Origin: Chthoniobacteraceae bacterium
GTDB lineage: Bacteria; Verrucomicrobiota; Verrucomicrobiia; Chthoniobacterales; Chthoniobacteraceae
NCBI GenBank assembly: GCA_040081625.1
Contig: JBEBGD010000079.1
Coordinates: 1 to 26,037 of the forward strand
Direction: 5' to 3'
Length of the DNA: 26,037 bases
The translations under genes were made by a program, and so were the position numbers. Positions within the stretch are counted from its first letter, which is position 1, and each line of letters opens with the position of its first letter. This document shows, one piece after another, positions 9,693-18,078 of this stretch. The notes below the pieces were generated by a model. The model saw only the letters and a program-made list of their open reading frames with translations, was not told the origin of the DNA and did not search any database.

Positions 9693-10820
9693 ATGCCGCC
9701 CGTAATCGCCCGTGGACTCGAAGGAATCATCGCCGCAGAAACCAACATCGGCGACGTGCGCGGCGACGTCGGCCAGCTCATTTACCGCGGCTACGACATC
9801 AACGAACTGGCCGGCAAGGTCAGCTACGAGGAAGTCGTTCACCTGCTCTGGCACGGCGCACTTCCCACCCGCGCCGAGCTCGACAAGCTGACCACCGCGC
9901 TGCGTGCCGAGCGCGAGATCCCGCAAGGCGTCATCGACTTCCTCAAGGCCGCGCCGCGCGACGCCGCGCCCATCGACATCATGCGCACCGCCGTCTCGAT
10001 GCTCGGCTGCTACAAGACCACGCGGCCAGTGCTGCCGATGCCGGAGAACAACCAGATCGCCATCAAGCTCGTCGCGCAGATCGGCGTCATCGCCGCCTAC
10101 TTCCACCGCGCGCGGCAGGGCAAGGACCTGCCGCCCGTGCGCAAGGACCTGAGCGAAGCCGCGCACTTCCTTTACCTCATGACCGGCGAAGTTCCGACCA
10201 AGGAAGCCGAGCAGACACTCGACGTCGCCTACGTGCTGCACGCCGAGCACGGGTTCAATGCGAGCACCTTCACCTGCCGCGTCGTCGCCAGCACCCTCAG
10301 CGACATGTATTCCGCCATCAGCGCCGGCATCGGCGCCCTCAAGGGCCCGCTCCACGGCGGCGCAAACGAAGGCGTCATCCACATGCTCGAGGAAATCGGC
10401 TCGGTCGATAAAGTGGATCAGTGGGTCGAGGAAGCGCTCGCGCAGAAGAAGAAGATCATGGGCATCGGCCACCGCGTTTACAAGGTGCTCGACCCGCGCG
10501 CACCGCACCTCAAGGCGATGGCCGAGCAGCTCACCGCCCAGCTCGGCGAACCCAAATGGCTCCAGATGAGCAATCGCATCGCCACCATCATGAAGGAGCA
10601 GAAGGGGCTCAATGCGAACGTCGATTTCTACAGCGCCACGGTCTATTACAGCCTCGACATCCCGACCGATCTCTTCACGCCCATCTTCGCCATCTCGCGC
10701 ATGAGCGGCTGGACCGCGCACGTGCTCGAGCAGCTCGCCGACAACCGCCTCTTCCGCCCCCTGAGCGCCTACACCGGCCCGGAAGTCGGCAAGACCGTCG
10801 TGCCCATCGCGCAGCGGTAG
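9693..10820 (+). CDS. gltA: Citrate synthase (small citrate/2-methylcitrate synthase family), 375 aa
   Basis: Start moved to ATG 9693 (MPPVIARGLEGIIAAET). Motifs LHAEHGFNASTF, GPLHGGANE, MGIGHRVYK, NVDFYS, FAISRMSGW. Confidence 0.93.
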   Translation: MPPVIARGLEGIIAAETNIGDVRGDVGQLIYRGYDINELAGKVSYEEVVHLLWHGALPTRAELDKLTTALRAEREIPQGVIDFLKAAPRDAAPIDIMRTAVSMLGCYKTTRPVLPMPENNQIAIKLVAQIGVIAAYFHRARQGKDLPPVRKDLSEAAHFLYLMTGEVPTKEAEQTLDVAYVLHAEHGFNASTFTCRVVASTLSDMYSAISAGIGALKGPLHGGANEGVIHMLEEIGSVDKVDQWVEEALAQKKKIMGIGHRVYKVLDPRAPHLKAMAEQLTAQLGEPKWLQMSNRIATIMKEQKGLNANVDFYSATVYYSLDIPTDLFTPIFAISRMSGWTAHVLEQLADNRLFRPLSAYTGPEVGKTVVPIAQR

Positions 10821-11052
10821 CGCCCCTGCGCGGAGCTTCATTTCCTGATCGTTTGCTTTTTCGTTTTCGCCGCCGAGACGCGCGAAACGGATCAAGGACA
10901 AGAAAACGACGGGCGCTTCCGAGCGCGCCTGCGGCCCCGAAGCCGGCGAAAATCCGCGTGCTCCGCGGATCGCGCAGACACGGACATTTAGGCGGAAAAC
11001 TTCCGCTCGCGAGCGCCGCCAAGGCGTGCCAGCGTGCGCGCCTTTTCCAAAA

Positions 11053-12120
11053 ATGAACATCCGCCCCGCCCTCGTATCAGCCCTGTCCGCAGTCTTTACG
11101 CTCGGGGCGCTCGCCGCCGACAAGGACGCCAAACCCGCACCCGCCAAACCCGCACCCGCTGCCGCCGCGCCCGCCGCGCCCGCGGCGCCGGCCTTCGAGC
11201 TGAAGGACCCGCTCGCGACCGTCGATGGCGCGCCGGTGACGATCGCCGACGTGGAGAAGGTGCTCACGACCATCCTCGCGCAACAGGGCGCGACGATCGC
11301 ACAGGTGCCGGCGGAGATGAAGCCGCAGCTTTACCGCCAGGTGCTCGACGGCGTGATCGTCGAGCGCCTCGTGACGCGCGAAGCCGCGAAGCTCGAGGTG
11401 ACCGATGCGGAGATGGAAGCGGAGTTCACGAAATTCAAAGGCCAGTTCCCGACTGAGGATGAGATGAAGGCGCAGCTCGCCAAGGGTGGCCAGACGCCGG
11501 AATCCATTCGCGTGGAAATCCGCCGCTTCCTCCAGCAAAACCGCTGGCTCGAGGCGCAGGTGAAGGACAAGAGCGCGGTGACCGATGCGGATGCGGAAGC
11601 GTTTTACAAAGGCAACCCCGAGCAGTTCAAGACGCCCGAGCAGGTGCGCGCCTCGCACATCCTCATCAAGTGCGAGAAAGAGGCCGCCGAGGCCGAGGTG
11701 AAGGCCAAGACGGAAGCCGCGGTGAAGGTGCTCGCGCGGGTGAAGAAGGGCGAGGACTTCGCGACGCTAGCGGGTGAACTTTCCGAGGATCCGAGCGCGA
11801 AGGAGAACAAGGGCGACCTCAACTTTTTCGGGCGCGAGCAGATGGTGCCGGAGTTTTCCGAGGCGGCCTTTGCGATGAAGAAAGGCGACGTGAGCGCCGC
11901 GCCCGTGCGCAGCCAGTTCGGCTTCCACGTGATCAAAGTCACCGACCGCAAGGAGGCCGGGACGATGCCGTTCGATGAGGCCAAGCCGAAGCTGATCGGC
12001 TTTCTTGGCGAGCAGAAACGCAAGACCGAAACCGGCAAGGTGCTCACCGCGCTGCGCGAGAAGGCGACCGTGAAGGTGAACCTGCCGGACGCGCCGGCGG
12101 CGCCCGCGGAAGCGAAATGA
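11053..12120 (+). CDS. Exported parvulin (PpiC-type) peptidyl-prolyl isomerase, SurA/PrsA-like, 355 aa
   Basis: Signal peptide MNIRPALVSALSAVFTLGALA, Ala/Pro linker, helical SurA-like N-domain. Parvulin motifs VRASHILI, FATLAGELSEDPSAKENKGDL, MVPEFSEAAF, SQFGFHVIKV. Confidence 0.9.
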   Translation: MNIRPALVSALSAVFTLGALAADKDAKPAPAKPAPAAAAPAAPAAPAFELKDPLATVDGAPVTIADVEKVLTTILAQQGATIAQVPAEMKPQLYRQVLDGVIVERLVTREAAKLEVTDAEMEAEFTKFKGQFPTEDEMKAQLAKGGQTPESIRVEIRRFLQQNRWLEAQVKDKSAVTDADAEAFYKGNPEQFKTPEQVRASHILIKCEKEAAEAEVKAKTEAAVKVLARVKKGEDFATLAGELSEDPSAKENKGDLNFFGREQMVPEFSEAAFAMKKGDVSAAPVRSQFGFHVIKVTDRKEAGTMPFDEAKPKLIGFLGEQKRKTETGKVLTALREKATVKVNLPDAPAAPAEAK

Positions 12121-12219
12121 GTTGAGTGTTGAGGGTTGAGGGTTGAGAGCCTCAAGGCTCTGATTCCACGCGCCGCTGCAATCGGCGCTGCTCTCAACTC
12201 CCAACTTCCGCCTTCCAAC
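12121..12219. repeat. Inverted pair of heptamer tandem arrays (hairpin-forming intergenic element)
   Basis: GTTGAGT-GTTGAGG-GTTGAGG-GTTGAGA (12121-12148) and TCTCAAC-TCCCAAC-TTCCGCC-TTCCAAC (12192-12219). Core GTTGAGAGC / GCTCTCAAC is perfectly complementary. Confidence 0.75.
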
Positions 12220-12224
12220 TTTTC

Positions 12225-13403
12225 ATGGCTCGCAAGTCTCGCAAAAACGTCGGCCTGATCGGCCTCGGTATCATCGGTTCGCGAGTCGCGGCCGGACTGC
12301 GCGCGGCCGGTTCCCATGTCTTCGTGTGGAATCGCACGCCCAAGCCGGTGCCGAATTTCGTCGGCTCGCCCGCGGAGGTCGCGGAGATCTGCGACGTCAT
12401 CCAGCTCTTCGTCGCCGACGCGCAGGCCGTGGCCGATGTCGTCGAGATCATGGCCCCGCTGTTGGAAAAGCGGCACATCGTCATCAACTGCTCGACCATC
12501 GGCGCGGAGGCGTCCGTCGCGATCGCGAAGCTCGTGCAGGAACGCGGCGCGGCATTCCTCGACGCGCCCTTCACCGGCAGCAAAATCGCCGCGGAGAAGT
12601 CGCAGCTCGTCTATTACGTCGGCGGCGACGAGGATGTGTTTCAGCGCGCGCGCCCCGTGCTCGAGGCGACCAGCCGCGCGATCGTGCGCTGCGGTCGCGT
12701 CGGCGACGCCGCCACGCTCAAGATCGCCACCAATCTCCTCACCGCCGTGACCACGCAGACGCTCGCCGAGGCGCTCGCGCTCGTGCGCGCCGTGGGCATC
12801 TCGCCGCAGACCTTCGCCGCCGCGCTCGAACACAACGCGTGCAAATCCGGCGTCGTAGAACTGAAGCTGCCGAAGATGATCAACGGCGACTACGAGCCGC
12901 ACTTTTCGGTCAAGCACATGTTCAAGGACGTGCAGCTCGGCATCCATGCCGCCAACGAGCAGCGGCTCGAAGTCCCGCTCACCACGGTCGTCGGCGGCAT
13001 CCTCTACGGCGCGCTCTGCAATGGCTGGGGCGACCTCGATTTCGCGAGCCTCTATCGCAACTACACCGACGCGCCCGCAGCCGACGCACCCATCGCGCTC
13101 GTGGATGCCACGCCGAAGCCGTCCGCCAACGAACCTCCCGAGGAAGCACCGCCGGAAGCGATCGCCGCCGAGCCCGAACCCGCGATGGAAGCGCCGGGGG
13201 ACGCGGAAGCGGCGCCCGAACCGCCGACCGACTCCGAGCCGGAGAGCGCGCAGCCTTCGCCGGCACCGCCTGAACAGGCGCCCGCATCGGAGGCCGCTTC
13301 GGTCGCGCACAATGGCGCCTCCGAGGACGACGAGGAGGACCCCGGGCTGGCCGGATTTTTCAGTCGCGTCTTTCGCCGCAAAGGAACACCCGTCGAGAAG
13401 TGA
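12225..13403 (+). CDS. NAD(P)-dependent beta-hydroxyacid dehydrogenase (3-hydroxyisobutyrate dehydrogenase/GarR family) with an acidic disordered C-terminal extension, 392 aa
   Basis: Rossmann GLIGLGIIG, WNRT, FLDAPFTG, catalytic K in LKIATN, FSVKHMFKDV. The last ~110 aa are P/E/A-rich. Confidence 0.88.
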   Translation: MARKSRKNVGLIGLGIIGSRVAAGLRAAGSHVFVWNRTPKPVPNFVGSPAEVAEICDVIQLFVADAQAVADVVEIMAPLLEKRHIVINCSTIGAEASVAIAKLVQERGAAFLDAPFTGSKIAAEKSQLVYYVGGDEDVFQRARPVLEATSRAIVRCGRVGDAATLKIATNLLTAVTTQTLAEALALVRAVGISPQTFAAALEHNACKSGVVELKLPKMINGDYEPHFSVKHMFKDVQLGIHAANEQRLEVPLTTVVGGILYGALCNGWGDLDFASLYRNYTDAPAADAPIALVDATPKPSANEPPEEAPPEAIAAEPEPAMEAPGDAEAAPEPPTDSEPESAQPSPAPPEQAPASEAASVAHNGASEDDEEDPGLAGFFSRVFRRKGTPVEK

Positions 13404-14293
13404 GCAGCGACGCGCTCCGGGCGGCGTATCGCGACTTCCAGCAGCGCGGAGGAGTGATCGATCTCTCCTCGCGCCTGAAGCTCGCGCTCACCGGCGCGGA
13501 TCGCGTTCGCTACCTCAACGGCCAGGTCACCGCGAACGTGCTCACGCTCAAGCCCGGCGACACGCGCCCCGCGTGCGTCACCACGCCGAAGGGCCGCCTC
13601 TGCGCGGAAGTCGTGATCTCCGCGACCGCCGACGCGCTCTTCATCGACGCCGACGCGAGCCTGCGCGAGACACTGCCCGCGCGCCTCGAGCGCTACATCA
13701 TCGCCGACGACGCGACGCTCACCGAACTGCCCGCCGAAACGCGGCTGCTGCATTTCCTCGGCGCGATCGATGAGCTGCCCTGTCAGCGCGCGAATCGCTT
13801 TGGCCGCGACGGCTGGGATTATTGGACCGACGCCGCCACGCTCGAAACGCGCTGGCCCGCAATCTCCGCGGAGCGCGCTGTCGTCGATGAAGCGCTGCTC
13901 GAAACGCTTCGCATCGAAGCCGGCATCCCGCGCTGGGGCCGCGACATCGGCGAAGACACGCTGCCACCGGAGGCCGGGCTCGACCGCACACACATCGACT
14001 ACCACAAAGGCTGCTACGTCGGGCAGGAAGTCATCTCCCGCCTGCGCAGCGTCGGCCACGTCAATCGCGAGCTGACCGGCTTCACCGCCGACGCGCCGAT
14101 CCCGTGCGGGCCCGTGTCCGCCGCCGGCGCCGACCAGCCGTGCGGCGCGATCACGAGCACGGCGTGGAGTTTTGCCTTGGAAAGACCCATCGCACTCGGC
14201 TACCTACGCCGCGCCGCGCCGCGCAGCGACTTGTTCACCGCCGGCACCGACCCGATCCGAATCACCGCCTGCGACCTGCCATTCACCAAATGA
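13400..14293 (+). CDS. ygfZ: YgfZ/GcvT-like folate-binding protein (CAF17/Iba57 family), 297 aa
   Basis: Signature KGCYVGQE; GADRVRYLNGQVT; LRIEAGIP. GTG start overlaps the upstream stop (GTGA). Confidence 0.88.
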   Translation: MSSDALRAAYRDFQQRGGVIDLSSRLKLALTGADRVRYLNGQVTANVLTLKPGDTRPACVTTPKGRLCAEVVISATADALFIDADASLRETLPARLERYIIADDATLTELPAETRLLHFLGAIDELPCQRANRFGRDGWDYWTDAATLETRWPAISAERAVVDEALLETLRIEAGIPRWGRDIGEDTLPPEAGLDRTHIDYHKGCYVGQEVISRLRSVGHVNRELTGFTADAPIPCGPVSAAGADQPCGAITSTAWSFALERPIALGYLRRAAPRSDLFTAGTDPIRITACDLPFTK

Positions 14294-14928
14294 AACCACT
14301 CCTCATCGTCCTCGCCCTCGTCCTCACCGCACGCGCCGAGGACTGCGCGCTCGTCACACTCAAGATCGGCAAGGAAAAGCAACTCCAGCAATTCGCGCTC
14401 GAGTTCCACGAGGGCGACGCGCCCGTGACCGTCGCAAACTTCAAGAAGCTCGCGAAGAAAGGATTCTACAACGGCACCGCGATCCATCGCAGCTTTGCGC
14501 ACACGCTGCTGCAAATGGGCGACCCACTCAGCGAGAAGAAAGACCGCACCAAAATCGGCACCGGCGGCCCCGGCTACACGCTCCAGCCGGAGATCCGCCG
14601 CAAGCACACCGCCGGCGCCGTCGCCGCCGCGCGTCTGCCCGACAAGCTCAACCCCTCGCGCGTCTCGAGCGGCAGCCAGTTCTTCGTCTGCCTCTCGCCG
14701 ATGCCCGCCTACGACGGCCAATACACCGTCTTTGCGAAAGTGCTCTGGGGTCTCGAAGCGCTCGATGCGCTGAGCACGCGTGCGACCGACAGCAACGATT
14801 TTCCCGCCGAGCGCGTGGTCATCCGCTCGATCAAAATCATGGACCGCGCCAACCTCCCGCCGCCGCCCGCACCGCCCGGAGAAGGCGGCGCGAAGCCCGA
14901 GCGCAAGTGGTGGCAATTCTTCGGCTAA
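14290..14928 (+). CDS. Exported cyclophilin-type peptidyl-prolyl isomerase, 212 aa
   Basis: ATG 14290 overlaps the ygfZ stop (ATGA). Signal peptide MKPLLIVLALVLTARA; APVTVANF, FYNGTAIHR, QMGDP, GTGGPGY, GSQFFV, YTVFAKV. Confidence 0.9.
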   Translation: MKPLLIVLALVLTARAEDCALVTLKIGKEKQLQQFALEFHEGDAPVTVANFKKLAKKGFYNGTAIHRSFAHTLLQMGDPLSEKKDRTKIGTGGPGYTLQPEIRRKHTAGAVAAARLPDKLNPSRVSSGSQFFVCLSPMPAYDGQYTVFAKVLWGLEALDALSTRATDSNDFPAERVVIRSIKIMDRANLPPPPAPPGEGGAKPERKWWQFFG

Positions 14929-14933
14929 AGCCC

Positions 14934-14961
14934 TTGCGGGAAAAATCGCGGCGCGTATAAG
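14934..14961 (+). promoter_or_regulatory. Putative sigma70 promoter of tRNA-Tyr
   Basis: TTGCGG (14934-14939), 16 bp, TATAAG (14956-14961), then a GC-rich segment before the tRNA. Confidence 0.45.
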
Positions 14962-14985
14962 GCACGCCCTCCCGCGAGAAAAAAC

Positions 14986-15068
14986 GGGCAGATACCGAAG
15001 TGGCCAAACGGGGCGGACTGTAAATCCGCTGGCTTACGCCTTCGCTGGTTCGAATCCAGCTCTGCCCA
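14986..15068 (+). tRNA. tRNA-Tyr (GTA), CCA not encoded
   Basis: Acceptor GGGCAGA/TCTGCCC + A; anticodon arm GCGGA-CTGTAAA-TCCGC; long variable arm; T arm GCTGG-TTCGAAT-CCAGC. Confidence 0.97.
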
Positions 15069-15073
15069 CTCTC

Positions 15074-17497
15074 TCAACTCCCTTCGGGCGCTTCCGCCGC
15101 GATGCGCCGGTAGATTTCCTTCGCCGCATCGAACGCCCGCTGCGCTTCCGCCCGCTCGGACTCCGCGATCTTTCCAGAACGCACGCGCCAGAGCTGGTCG
15201 ATACACGCGATGGCCCACTGCGCGCTCTGCCGCGACGCGCGGATCGGCTGACTGGCGATGATCACGTTCACCGGATTTGTGTGGAGCTGCGGGAACTGCC
15301 GCACCGCGACCCAACTGCTCCTCGCGATGTCCGCGCTGAACTCGACTTCGTGCGGCTTGCTGTCGGCGGGAACTTCGCGCGTGGCGACGGGCCGTCCGTT
15401 CACGATCAGCTCGATCTTGCGCTTCGCGTCCGCGGCGGATTTCGCGTCGTGGAAGTTCACCGTGTCGCCGGCGAGCCGCGCGCCCGCGAGCGGCTGCGCG
15501 GTGCCGTAGGCGACTTCGAGTGGCGTCTCGGAGCTGAAGGCGACCTTCGCGCGCACCTTCACGCGGCCGGGCTTCGCGAGTTGCACTTCCTCGCCAGCCG
15601 GCCTGCCCTCGACGGTGAATTCGACCGCATGCGCGTAGCCGTCGCTCACGTAGCTGCGACCGCGTGCGAGACCTTCGCACCACTTCGCAAAGTCGAGCCG
15701 CTCGACGCCGCGGCCGAGTTGCACATACGTGCGTCCCTGGCCGACGCGCGTGCCGCTCATGCACGGGAAATCCGTCTCGCCCGCGCTCTTCAGCGGGAAG
15801 CCGCAATTCATGAGGTGATACCAAGTGTTCCACTCGAGCAGCCGCGGCGTGTCCATCGCGCTGATGAAATCGCACACGCCGTGCGCCGTGCTGACGAAGA
15901 TCTCGTGTCCGCCCGAGTCCGGCACCGCGACGTTCGGCAGCAGATCAACGACGCGATGGTGACTAGCGAGCAGTTCGGCTTCGTTCAGCCCGCCGTCTCG
16001 ATCGAAGTCGATCTTCTCGAATGGCTCGGGCAGTAACGCATCCGCCGTCTCCTCGCGCGTGAGCCGCGCGTCCTTGTTCGCGTCGAGCTGTTCGAGCAGC
16101 CGTTTCGCCGCGGTCGCCGGGATCACCTGCATCCCGCTGCCGGAATGCGGATAGCCTGTGAAGCCGCCTTGTTGCTTGGTCCAGCGCAGCGCGGGCGTCG
16201 TCCACGTCGGCCAGCCCTTCACGCCGTCCGCGCCGGGATAGACGAGGTCGCGCAGGTTCAGCAGGCACACGTGCCCGAGCGCCGCGGAGCCGAAGCCGCT
16301 CACCTCCATGTCGTATTTGAGCAGCGTGAGCGGCTCACTCACGCGATCGGCCTGCGGGCCGAAAAACTGCCGCTGGTAATCGAACCCGTATCCCCACGAG
16401 AGCACCGAGCCGACGTTCAAGCCCTCGCCTTTCACCTGCGCAAACATCTCCTCCGGCCGCATCCCCTCGGTCGGCGACGTGTAGTGCGCGCAGCCCGCCG
16501 CGTGGATGTGATGATCGCCGCTGTAATAGCCGAAGTCCGCCGCGTTCATCCAGCGTTCGAGCCGCACCTCGATTTCGGATTCCCCGGCGGACACCTTCAC
16601 CGCGCGCCGCACCGTCCGATATTCCGGTCCACGCGACGCCTCCATCGTGAACTCCCCCGGCGGCAGCAGCACCGTCGCGCCGTCCGCGCGGTAGACGTGC
16701 TTTTGGAAAAAGAAATCCGGCGCAATGCGGCGCGCCTGCGGTGGGAAGACGTGCCCCTGCGCGTCGGTGAAGGTCAGCCGCGCCGTCGTCGGCTTCCCAT
16801 CGAAGTCCTTCACATCGAGCTTCACCTCCACCGCCGGGCGCACGTCGAAAAGCACCGGCACCTCCGCGCGGAAACCGAGATCCTGCGTCCCCTGCCCGAT
16901 GTCGAACGTGAGCACCGCCTCGCGCTTGCCCGCCTCGCTCGAGTAGATCAGCGCGACGACGTATTCGACTTCGAACCCGCTGAGCTGCGGCGTCATCGGC
17001 GGCGCGCCGAACATCTCGATCTCGAGGAAACGATGCTCGCCCCGCGTGTTCTCATTCTCCCGCAAATGCTGCTGCCGCTCGCGCTCCATCGTCCCCTTCG
17101 CCACCCCCGCATACGACGGCCCTGCCTGCCGGCTCGTCACCCGCAGCCGCGCCACGCTCGCCGCGTGATTGAGCACCTTCACGAGCACTGGCGTGTAACC
17201 CGCCTGTTGCAACCGCGCCGTCGCCGGCCCGCGCTGCGCCTTCACGCGCGACTCGGGATTGATGTCCGCCACCGCGAGCACATGCGGATCGAGTAGCTCC
17301 TGCAAATTCCGCGCATCCCGCGCCGCCACCGCCCCGCTCACATCGACCGCCAGCGGCGCGCCGAGAAACTCCAGCGCCTGCGCCACCCGCTGCACATTCG
17401 CCGCGAGCGGCTGGCCTTCCACTTCGACGAGCGGCGGCGAATCGGCAGCTGCAGCGACGCAGAATGAGCCGAGTAGAAACGGGAGGATCTGTTTCAT
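15074..17497 (-). CDS. Secreted CehA/McbA-family (PHP-like) metallohydrolase with an inserted EF-hand pair, 807 aa
   Basis: Start at ATG 17497 (MKQILPFLLGSFCVAAAA signal peptide). SRGPEY beta-domain motif, SGDHHIH, GHVCLL, YPHSG, WYHLMNCGF, GETDFPC, GRSYVSDG, HTNP. Confidence 0.78.
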   Translation of the reverse strand: MKQILPFLLGSFCVAAAADSPPLVEVEGQPLAANVQRVAQALEFLGAPLAVDVSGAVAARDARNLQELLDPHVLAVADINPESRVKAQRGPATARLQQAGYTPVLVKVLNHAASVARLRVTSRQAGPSYAGVAKGTMERERQQHLRENENTRGEHRFLEIEMFGAPPMTPQLSGFEVEYVVALIYSSEAGKREAVLTFDIGQGTQDLGFRAEVPVLFDVRPAVEVKLDVKDFDGKPTTARLTFTDAQGHVFPPQARRIAPDFFFQKHVYRADGATVLLPPGEFTMEASRGPEYRTVRRAVKVSAGESEIEVRLERWMNAADFGYYSGDHHIHAAGCAHYTSPTEGMRPEEMFAQVKGEGLNVGSVLSWGYGFDYQRQFFGPQADRVSEPLTLLKYDMEVSGFGSAALGHVCLLNLRDLVYPGADGVKGWPTWTTPALRWTKQQGGFTGYPHSGSGMQVIPATAAKRLLEQLDANKDARLTREETADALLPEPFEKIDFDRDGGLNEAELLASHHRVVDLLPNVAVPDSGGHEIFVSTAHGVCDFISAMDTPRLLEWNTWYHLMNCGFPLKSAGETDFPCMSGTRVGQGRTYVQLGRGVERLDFAKWCEGLARGRSYVSDGYAHAVEFTVEGRPAGEEVQLAKPGRVKVRAKVAFSSETPLEVAYGTAQPLAGARLAGDTVNFHDAKSAADAKRKIELIVNGRPVATREVPADSKPHEVEFSADIARSSWVAVRQFPQLHTNPVNVIIASQPIRASRQSAQWAIACIDQLWRVRSGKIAESERAEAQRAFDAAKEIYRRIAAEAPEGS

Positions 17498-17627
17498 GCG
17501 CAGCGCCCTTCTCGCGCCTCCCCCATCGCGAAGCAAGCGCGCCGCTCAGCGACGCGGCGAAGCGATGAGCCTGTCCGCGCTGCCCGGAGCTTTTATATCT
17601 GCGGGAGAGATACAGCGCGGAGCAAGA

Positions 17628-18078
17628 TCAGGAGATCCAAAACCTGCACCATCTGTAATCGAGCCGGCCGGGTTCGCGGCGAAATTGTGCGAGGACGAAA
17701 TAGTTGTCTGAGCGGCGGTCCTCGCCGGGACGCCACGAGACCACCCCCGCTTCGTGCAAGGATTGGCAGTGCAGGTTCACCGCGTCGGCATCCGCGCCCT
17801 TCACCGGCTTGAACTGCCGATACTGCGCGCACGTCACCTCCGTCGTGCTGATCGTCACGCGATTTGCCGGCGTCTCGTCCCAATCCGCGTCGTCGAATTG
17901 CGCTGCGTGCTTCTTCACATGGTGATCCGCCGCCGGCCCATCCTGCCCCATCGTGAAGCTGCCCGGCTCGATCCGCACTAGCTTCATGCCGATGGAATTG
18001 GTGATCGGGCTCTGCGGCGTGGAGCGTGGCCAGCAGAGCCAGCAGCAGGACAACGAGCAACGGGAATGTGTGTTTCAT
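17628..18078 (-). pseudogene. Frameshifted, truncated remnant of a formylglycine-generating-enzyme (SUMF1/FGE-sulfatase) domain protein
   Basis: ATG 18078 (coupled to the upstream stop) gives signal peptide MKHTFPLLVVLLLALLATLHAAEP. After one extra base at ~18006-18009 another frame reads ITNSIGMKLVRIEPGSFTMG...DETPANRVTIS-TTEVTCAQYRQF, a typical FGE-domain N-terminus. Similarity is lost after ~17775. Confidence 0.75.

Noticed and set aside
12121..12219. Possible CRISPR array
   Set aside because: 7-nt units with no spacers and no cas genes; no CRISPR array seen anywhere in the window.
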